In this document: one piece after another, positions 26,184 to 32,000 of the stretch
How the letters are laid out: each line of letters opens with the position of its first letter
Position numbering within the stretch: the stretch's first letter is position 1
NCBI GenBank assembly: GCA_031283585.1
Contig: JAITBP010000010.1
Span: 1-32,000 of the forward strand
Length of the DNA: 32,000 nt
Origin: Puniceicoccales bacterium
GTDB taxonomy: Bacteria > Verrucomicrobiota > Verrucomicrobiia > Opitutales > LL51
Direction of reading: 5' to 3'
Notes under the pieces: generated by a model
Seen by the model: the letters and a program-made list of their open reading frames with translations, nothing else
Databases searched by the model: none
Told to the model about the DNA's origin: nothing
Made by a program: the position numbers and the translations under genes

Positions 26184-26735
26184 ATGACAAGCCTAGCAGA
26201 CCATCACAGGATGATAATAACCGAATGTTGCACAGAAATTGGCTGTAAAATTACAGCACATGCGATCTATATATCGCTTTCAAAATCGAGATTGTACCAT
26301 TATAATAGCTGGCTGTTATCCAAATCCTATGTTATTTCCTATTCGCGCAAGCCTATATCACAGCTGAAAGATTCTCTTGGGACTCCCCTAGGGTTACATG
26401 AAATAATCGAAAAATATGGAGATAATTTACCGCCAGGCACAATCCTGAAAGGCCGCGTAGCCACAAACAAAACCTACTTCGATTTGGATCCTTCCGAACA
26501 GAAAGGCAACTATGTTACAACACGCATACTAAGGCTATCTGGCCTACAGCAGGGGTTTAACAAAGGCGGAAACTGCGACTCCTATGAGCGTTATATATAT
26601 ATACATGGTACAATCCATGATGAAAAAATCGGTGAAAGAATATCCAATGGTTGCATATGTATGAAAACCAACGACCTAATAGAACTATATGATATTGTAC
26701 CTTGTGGGTCTTTGGTGATGATAGCCAATGATTAG
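26184..26735 (+). CDS. L,D-transpeptidase (YkuD) catalytic-domain protein without a signal peptide
   Basis: 'TPLGLHEI', 'RILRLSGLQQGFN' and the catalytic 'YIYIHGTIHDEKIGERISNGCICMKTNDLIELYD' (H...G-x-x-x-S-x-G-C-I-x-M). The N-terminal 40 aa are not hydrophobic. Confidence 0.85.
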   Translation: MTSLADHHRMIITECCTEIGCKITAHAIYISLSKSRLYHYNSWLLSKSYVISYSRKPISQLKDSLGTPLGLHEIIEKYGDNLPPGTILKGRVATNKTYFDLDPSEQKGNYVTTRILRLSGLQQGFNKGGNCDSYERYIYIHGTIHDEKIGERISNGCICMKTNDLIELYDIVPCGSLVMIAND

Positions 26736-26759
26736 CCGGTGGCCCAGGGCATTTGTATC

Positions 26760-26787
26760 TTGACCTTTGACCCGATATATTTAAAAT
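26760..26787 (+). promoter_or_regulatory. candidate sigma70-type promoter for the chaperone-like gene
   Basis: TTGACC (26760-26765), 16-nt spacer, TAAAAT (26782-26787), 10 nt before ATG 26798. A second TTGACC copy follows immediately. Confidence 0.25.
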
Positions 26788-26797
26788 TTAACTCACA

Positions 26798-27304
26798 ATG
26801 GGTGGTTGTGAACTGATGGCGGAAGCCGTGACTGCATTTGGCAACGAAATAGGTATATCACTAAATGTAGATAACGAAAATTATTGTTGCATATCGATAA
26901 ATGATGACATGCAGCTTCATATGAAGTTCAATGACTATTTTGATGGAATCGTTTTCTATGCCGAACTGGGCGAAGTTCCGGAAATGAATCAACACAATAC
27001 GTTAAAATATTTTACCTGTGAAAATTGTGCCCAAAGCAACACCGAAGGTATGACATTTTCCTATGATGATGAGTCGAAAAACATAGGAGTAGCATCATTG
27101 CTACCAGCAAATGTTATCAACCTGGATAACCTGAAAAAGATTCTGGAAAAATTTATTACCAAAGCCACCTCTTTAAAAGAGAAGATGGTTGAATTTATGC
27201 AAGGAATATCAAATCCCTCTGACAAAACCAGCCCTGGTGAGCCAATTCAGCCAAGTGGCCCGACCCAAGGGTTATCGCCGGTTGATCAATTTATGAGGAT
27301 ATAA
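26798..27304 (+). CDS. CesT/SycE-like (type III secretion chaperone fold; YbjN-like alternative) protein with a Pro-rich C-terminal tail
   Basis: The pattern 'FGNEIGISLNVDNENYCCISINDDMQLHMKFNDYFDGIVFYAELGEVPEMNQHNTLKYFTCEN...GMTFSYDDESKNIGVASLLPANVINLDNLKKILEKFI' matches the class I chaperone layout: N-helix, 'target..L.ld..g.c.l', 'l.l.a.lg.lp', 'l.l...l....l....l..f'. Acidic. The start may be ATG 26816. Confidence 0.45.
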   Translation: MGGCELMAEAVTAFGNEIGISLNVDNENYCCISINDDMQLHMKFNDYFDGIVFYAELGEVPEMNQHNTLKYFTCENCAQSNTEGMTFSYDDESKNIGVASLLPANVINLDNLKKILEKFITKATSLKEKMVEFMQGISNPSDKTSPGEPIQPSGPTQGLSPVDQFMRI

Positions 27305-27491
27305 AGTACCACTAGTGCTTACCTATCAAAAACTTTTCAGCCACTGCCATGGTAACGAGTATCATCAGCACAGAAATATGAGAGGTAATAGAAACTGCCT
27401 TTCCATTGAGCCCTGGCATAGTAATAATAATATTGTAAAAAAATATAACTATATACCACAGAACCGCTTAATTTTGAGCGATTGAATGGGT

Positions 27492-27527
27492 ATGTCTTTT
27501 ATGTCTTTTATGTTTTTTATGTTTTTA
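27492..27527. repeat. 9-bp tandem repeat (atgtctttt x2, atgtttttt, atgttttta) upstream of ndk
   Basis: Units at 27492-27500, 27501-27509, 27510-27518 and 27519-27527, in a non-coding gap. Confidence 0.9.
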
Positions 27528-27603
27528 CAGATTTGTTCTCACCAGCCTATGCTTCCCATTTGTTCTATTATGCGCAGCCCCAGGTCTAATAAACATAAAA
27601 ACG

Positions 27604-28107
27604 GTGGAATCGAATGGTGATAATGCTATGCATAAAAGTTCAGAAATACTGTTGCCAAACACTATAAATACAGTAGCCATTGATCCTGTGATTGAAAATA
27701 CCCTAATGATCTTGAAGCCGGATTGCATGGAGAAAAAGCTTTCTGGTAAGGTGATTGATAGAGTTCAACAGGTTGGCCTGGATATAGTTGCCTGTAAAAT
27801 GATGGCCCTGGGATCCGATATATTGAAGGATCATTATTCGCATCTAGCCAGTTTGCCATTTTTCCCAGAAATACTATCATTCATGGGTTCTTGTCCGGTT
27901 ATTGTGCTGGTGCTAAGAGGCCTCGATGGTATAAAAAAGCTCAGAGATTTGCTAGGCCCCACCGATTCTGCCCAGGCTCCAAAAGGCACAATTCGTGGCG
28001 ATTTTGGCCAGGATAAGATGAGAAACATCGCCCATGCATCGGATTCGGCTGAGAGCGCCCAGAAGGAAATAAAAAGATTTTTCAGTGAGTCGGAACTATT
28101 TTTGTAA
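27604..28107 (+). CDS. ndk: nucleoside diphosphate kinase with an N-terminal extension of roughly 25-33 aa
   Basis: 'ENTLMILKPD', 'YSHLASLPFFPEILSFMGSCPVIVLVL', 'LLGPTDSAQAPKGTIRGDFG' and active site 'NIAHASDS'. The start is uncertain (GTG 27604 or ATG 27628). Confidence 0.9.
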   Translation: MESNGDNAMHKSSEILLPNTINTVAIDPVIENTLMILKPDCMEKKLSGKVIDRVQQVGLDIVACKMMALGSDILKDHYSHLASLPFFPEILSFMGSCPVIVLVLRGLDGIKKLRDLLGPTDSAQAPKGTIRGDFGQDKMRNIAHASDSAESAQKEIKRFFSESELFL

Positions 28108-28125
28108 TTTTTGTAATTTTTGTAA
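28099..28125. repeat. 9-bp tandem repeat tttttgtaa x3 spanning the ndk stop codon
   Basis: Units at 28099-28107, 28108-28116 and 28117-28125. In the ndk frame each reads Phe-Leu-stop. Confidence 0.95.
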
Positions 28126-28144
28126 TAACTTAGATACCAATGCA

Positions 28145-30439
28145 CTATTTGGTGCTATTCGGATTTGGTGGAGGTTCATGCATACCTTCCAGTTTTGTTT
28201 TATATACATTGGTTCTATTATTCTTGGTTGGTGCATGTCTTAGTGGAACGCCACCCGGGGAAAGAATGTTCGCCGTAACAAAAATAAGGAGGTTCTTTTT
28301 TTGCGATGTTTCGCCTTTGGATCTAAAGAGCTTACCAACCAGTGGGATATCACCTAATATGGGAATTTTATCATGGACTTCTTTGATCTCTTCTCTGGTC
28401 AATCCACCCATCACCACCGTAGCTCCATCAAACACTGTCACCTCGGTTTTTATTTCACGAGTTGAAAAAATTGGCTGAAGAAATCCCGAGGGGATATTGA
28501 CAGTTGTGTCTCCGGAAATAGCTATGCTTCTGCCACCATATTCTATAAATTTTTCGAATTCCGTAACCCGAGGTTCTAGCCGCATGCTTATGCAATTGTT
28601 TTCCTCAACCACCGGTGTGACACTCATTTCAACTCCAAGGTTCCTTGTGGTAAAATCACTAGGTGTACCGGCCGTTATGGTAACACCAGCTGCACCTGTA
28701 CCGGTGGCACTGGTCGTAGAACCCACATCAGAGGTTATTGCGCTATAGGTCCTTGGATAAATAAATTCCTGGGCAACGGTTATTTTGGCTGTTTTACCTG
28801 ATAATACAGTCAGTTTTGGAGCACTCATCAGATTTGATCCCGATTGTTGCTCCAGCGCCTTTATCAGTAAATTTACCTTGACACTGTTATACACACCGGT
28901 GATCGCACCCATAGCACCTATTCCCATGCCTAGATTTACGCCACTTGGTGACGAAGGTAATGTGTTTGATATATCAGTTTTTTCTATGCGCGTTGTATTG
29001 GTTGCGCTATCGTTTACCCTTTGAACAATCGACCCCTCGCCACTGGCAGAATCCTGTAATCCAAAGGTACTGCCTAGGGATCTCAAGGCGTCCCTTGCCT
29101 TGGAGTCCTTTCCACCGGTTCTAAGATATTGCTCCTTGTGAGGCTTACCAAAGGACACTGTCCAGTTGAAATTTAACTCATCTAAAACACCCTGTTGAAC
29201 CTCCAAAAATTTTGTTTCTATCTCAACCTGTTTGACCGAATTGTATTTCCTGAGTATTTCTGCAACCCTTTTTATGTTTCTTGGTGTTTGAGTTACAATA
29301 AGTTGAGTTCCATCATAGGCGATATCACTGCCTTCTATTCCAACAAAATTTACACCAGCATGCTGGAGAAATTGCTTTATTAATTTTTCCTCCTTGGCAA
29401 TTAGAGTGGTTTTTTGTTTTTGTTCTTTCGGAGCTTTTATTTCAATAGCCGGAGCTTCGGCAAAATTTTTTGTCGATTTGTTAAATAAATTTTTATCTTT
29501 TTTAGGCCACATTTTTTTTGATTTTTTAGCATTTGCACTTCCAGCCTCGGTGGAAAAATCCAACTGGTCATCCTGAAGCCCAGTCATTCTTATGATCGTC
29601 GACCTGGAGATGGTGAAAAATTTTGTTTCCAAATTATTTACCTTCGGGCTACCGGCCTGGGTCAGCATTATGGCATTATCTTCTATATCCAGTTGAAAAT
29701 TGCTTGCTCTGGCTACAAAGTTAAGAACCTTGCCAAGGGACAATGCTCTTAGATTAAGACTAATACATGGATCGATTTCATTGGCCCTAATCAGTACTAT
29801 GTTTACACCTTTGGTATCTTTGTTTTCATCCTTATCATATTGTTCTGACAATTCAATTATGGTTTCTATTACGTGGGACAACGGTGTTTTATTGAAAGAA
29901 ATTTTTGGTATCACTATGCTTGATAGCTTTTTTATTATAGGATCGTCATCAATTTCGTATTCCGTGACAGGAATATCAGCCTCGATTATTTTTGGGGATT
30001 CCCAGGATTTATCAACGGTATTCATCATCTCGGTCTTTGATTCCAGGTAGTCCTTTTGAGCTAGCCTATCGAATGTACGCATATTTCTATTAATTAATGC
30101 CTTAAGATACAAAGCATCCTTGTTATCAGGTTCATATTCCAGAATAAGACTTACCAACCTAAAGGCCTCTTCATAGTCAGAATTAAAACAAAGTGACCTG
30201 GCCCTTATCAGGGTAAATTCTTTGCTACGCCGGTCCAATTTGTCATAATTTTTTCTTTTTCCATCCATTGATTGTTCTGTTTTTTCATTTCCGGCATCAT
30301 AGATATCTGTTTTTTGCTCAAAATCTGCTATCTTTGAACCCGATTCAACATCAGCGTGACTATGATTTGTGAAAATTGTGTTACCTATAAAATAAAACCA
30401 ATAGAACATGAAAATAAGAGAAACGGCGTTACAATACAT
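28145..30439 (-). CDS. orphan secretin-family outer-membrane channel protein (TPR-like N-terminus, N0-like domains, secretin domain)
   Basis: Hydrophobic N-terminus. TPR-like 'FNSDYEEAFRLVSLILEYEPDNKDALYLKALI'. N-domain 'IVIPKISFNKTPLSHVIETIIELSEQ'. Secretin core 'VEIETKFLEVQQG', 'LMSAPKLTVLSGKTAKITV' and 'IPILGDIPLVGKLFRSKGETSQKKNLLIFVTANIL'. Confidence 0.85.
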   Translation of the reverse strand: MYCNAVSLIFMFYWFYFIGNTIFTNHSHADVESGSKIADFEQKTDIYDAGNEKTEQSMDGKRKNYDKLDRRSKEFTLIRARSLCFNSDYEEAFRLVSLILEYEPDNKDALYLKALINRNMRTFDRLAQKDYLESKTEMMNTVDKSWESPKIIEADIPVTEYEIDDDPIIKKLSSIVIPKISFNKTPLSHVIETIIELSEQYDKDENKDTKGVNIVLIRANEIDPCISLNLRALSLGKVLNFVARASNFQLDIEDNAIMLTQAGSPKVNNLETKFFTISRSTIIRMTGLQDDQLDFSTEAGSANAKKSKKMWPKKDKNLFNKSTKNFAEAPAIEIKAPKEQKQKTTLIAKEEKLIKQFLQHAGVNFVGIEGSDIAYDGTQLIVTQTPRNIKRVAEILRKYNSVKQVEIETKFLEVQQGVLDELNFNWTVSFGKPHKEQYLRTGGKDSKARDALRSLGSTFGLQDSASGEGSIVQRVNDSATNTTRIEKTDISNTLPSSPSGVNLGMGIGAMGAITGVYNSVKVNLLIKALEQQSGSNLMSAPKLTVLSGKTAKITVAQEFIYPRTYSAITSDVGSTTSATGTGAAGVTITAGTPSDFTTRNLGVEMSVTPVVEENNCISMRLEPRVTEFEKFIEYGGRSIAISGDTTVNIPSGFLQPIFSTREIKTEVTVFDGATVVMGGLTREEIKEVHDKIPILGDIPLVGKLFRSKGETSQKKNLLIFVTANILSPGGVPLRHAPTKNNRTNVYKTKLEGMHEPPPNPNSTK

Positions 30440-30536
30440 CCAGGGCTCCTAGCAACACGTTTTTTATTATATATCTTCTTACATTATAGTCAATAACTTG
30501 TAGCACACGTTAACGGTACAACAAATTCCAGGTGCT

Positions 30537-31409
30537 TCACAAACAGGTTACGACTTTCATAAAAATATTTTTACCTAATACGGCTGTTATTATAGAGGCT
30601 ATGCCTTCCAGTTCTGCGTCGGTGTTGAAGTTTACCAAACATGCACTGCCAGAGCCTGTAAAAGACATATCAAACCCGTTATCCGCGAGGGTGTTTTTAA
30701 GTTTCGCCAGTGTTGGATAATGACCAAATACCACAGCATTGAAATCATTGTAAATTAAAATTCTTTTCCCCTGCTCCAGACAGATTAGGAATTCTGTCAT
30801 TAGTTCGTTGGAGACCTGCTTATCAGTATAATCTCCAGATAGTTGACCGTAGGCCCAGGCCGTAGAGATATCGATGTTCGGTTTAAAAAGTACAAATTTC
30901 AGCCTGTGGATTTTGTCGACATATTTGGAATCTAGATCGGTTAGGATATCACCTCGACCAGATACCAATTGGGGAGTTTTTTTCGAAAAAAATGGGCAAT
31001 CTGAACCTATTTTGGCCAGGTAAGCCAGGAGAGTCTTGGTATCCATGGTATGTCCCATGGCCTTTAGCAATGACAGAAACACGCAGGCTCCATTGCTACT
31101 TCCTCCGCCTAGCCCTGCACAGCCGGGTATTTTTTTATGGATGTGAATATTAACGCTTCCTTTAAACCCGGATACACTGCGTATAATATTTACGGCTCTG
31201 GCCATACTGTTGGTTTCATCCAATGGTATTTTGTAAATACCAGAGGATGAAATACTGCATCCACCCAAATTGTCCTGGTCTAATTTCAACAGAATTCTAT
31301 CATAGAGATTTATCCTAGAAAACAGGCTATATAACTCATGGAATCCATCTTCTCTTTTTCCAGTAATTGCCAGAAAAAGGTTGATCTTTGCAGGTGAAAA
31401 TATATCCAT
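30537..31409 (-). CDS. ispE: 4-diphosphocytidyl-2-C-methyl-D-erythritol kinase
   Basis: 'SPAKINLFLAITGKREDGFHEL' and GHMP motif 'IPGCAGLGGGSSNGA'. The start is set at ATG 31409 (MDIFSPAKINL), which gives the usual N-terminus. The longest ORF reaches 31481 and would overlap murD. Confidence 0.88.
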   Translation of the reverse strand: MDIFSPAKINLFLAITGKREDGFHELYSLFSRINLYDRILLKLDQDNLGGCSISSSGIYKIPLDETNSMARAVNIIRSVSGFKGSVNIHIHKKIPGCAGLGGGSSNGACVFLSLLKAMGHTMDTKTLLAYLAKIGSDCPFFSKKTPQLVSGRGDILTDLDSKYVDKIHRLKFVLFKPNIDISTAWAYGQLSGDYTDKQVSNELMTEFLICLEQGKRILIYNDFNAVVFGHYPTLAKLKNTLADNGFDMSFTGSGSACLVNFNTDAELEGIASIITAVLGKNIFMKVVTCL

Positions 31410-31437
31410 CGACAGCTGGCTAATTTCCATTACCGCT

Positions 31438-32000
31438 ATGTTAATAGACGAACTCCGTGAAATATCAAATGTTAAAAGCATTGGAATATTTGGCGCCGGA
31501 ATAAGCGGAATTGCCGCATATAATCTGCTGCAATCAATGAAATTAAACTGTATCGTCTATGATGAATTCAATGAAGCCTATGCTGGGTTTACCCAGGCCG
31601 ATGTAAAAAAACATCATGTCATAATCTGTAGTCCGAGTTTCATGCCAGGCCATGAATGGGTAGATCTGGCCAGAAAGCATTCCATAAAGTGTATCCCAGA
31701 ACTTGATCTCGCCTATGCAGCTATGATAAAAGGTTACCAGGGCAAAATCATTGCTGTCACAGGTACCAATGGGAAAACAACCACGGTGGAATTTTTGACA
31801 TTTATACTGAAAAATGCTGGCTATAGAGCCATAGCCTGTGGTAACATTGGCCGCCCATTGGCAGATGTGGTCCTATCCGAAGATATTGTGGATAATGATT
31901 ACCTGATATGCGAAGTCAGCTCTTTCCAGGCATCGATGCTTTCTCTTTTTTCACCGGACGTTTTGCTGTGGACAAATTTTTACCCAAACCATTTGAATAA
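31438..32000 (+). CDS. murD: UDP-N-acetylmuramoylalanine--D-glutamate ligase, 5' partial (runs off the window)
   Basis: Not in the ORF track because it has no stop. My own frame-1 translation from ATG 31438 gives 'MLIDELREISNVKSIGIFGAGISGIAAYNLL...PELDLAY...IIAVTGTNGKTTTVEFL...CEVSSFQ...LWTNFYPNHL', with no stop to base 32000. Confidence 0.85.
   Translation, partial: MLIDELREISNVKSIGIFGAGISGIAAYNLLQSMKLNCIVYDEFNEAYAGFTQADVKKHHVIICSPSFMPGHEWVDLARKHSIKCIPELDLAYAAMIKGYQGKIIAVTGTNGKTTTVEFLTFILKNAGYRAIACGNIGRPLADVVLSEDIVDNDYLICEVSSFQASMLSLFSPDVLLWTNFYPNHLN

Noticed and set aside
27525-27728. A 67-aa minus-strand ORF overlapping the ndk 5' region and the 9-bp repeat.
   Set aside because: It overlaps the ndk N-terminal coding region and runs through the repeat array. 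It has no motifs and is probably a chance ORF.
27492-28125. The 9-bp tandem repeats considered as a possible CRISPR array or other spacer-containing array.
   Set aside because: The units are directly adjacent with no spacers, are far shorter than CRISPR repeats, and no cas genes are present.
20463-30439. The two secretins plus the CesT-like gene considered as parts of a type III secretion system.
   Set aside because: The first secretin has a GspD-type N0 domain and is co-operonic with a GspE-type ATPase. No Sct/Ysc/Fli export-apparatus genes are in the window. The only T3SS hint is the fold of the chaperone-like protein, which is kept as a low-confidence hypothesis.

Overview
This is a visibly AT-rich, tightly packed bacterial chromosomal window with about 31 CDS and one tRNA. 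GC content was not computed. I found no rRNA, CRISPR, transposase, integrase or phage genes.

Bases 922-13736 form one long minus-strand array: rluD, nth, a Bat 'aerotolerance' operon (DUF4381-like, batA, a batB-batC fusion, batD, batE), rsmE, a UvrD-type helicase fused to a PD-(D/E)XK nuclease, tRNA-Ala(CGC), a DEDDy 3'-5' exonuclease and tlyA. Several junctions are 4-nt ATGA/TTGA overlaps.

Bases 13911-17628 hold housekeeping genes: psd, sixA, a DJ-1/PfpI protein, a short birA, gmk and rsmD.

The most unusual part is 17629-25985, a six-gene minus-strand operon. It combines a conventional GspE ATPase and GspD secretin with three divergent membrane proteins that I can assign only by architecture (GspK-like, GspL/PilMN-like, GspM/PilO-like). 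Between secretin and ATPase sits a secreted hyper-acidic tandem-repeat protein whose C-terminal part resembles the PilP/GspC homology region. No pseudopilin, GspF/PilC or prepilin peptidase gene is in the window.

Downstream lie a leaderless L,D-transpeptidase-domain gene paired with a CesT/SycE-like (type III chaperone-fold) gene, then ndk, a second orphan secretin with a TPR-like N-terminus, ispE and the 5' part of murD.

Three separate T-rich 9-bp tandem repeats occur, one of which triplicates the ndk stop codon in frame.

Gene content is compatible with a PVC-type (Verrucomicrobia/Lentisphaerae/Chlamydiae-like) organism, but that is a guess. All family assignments come from motifs read by eye; no searches were run.
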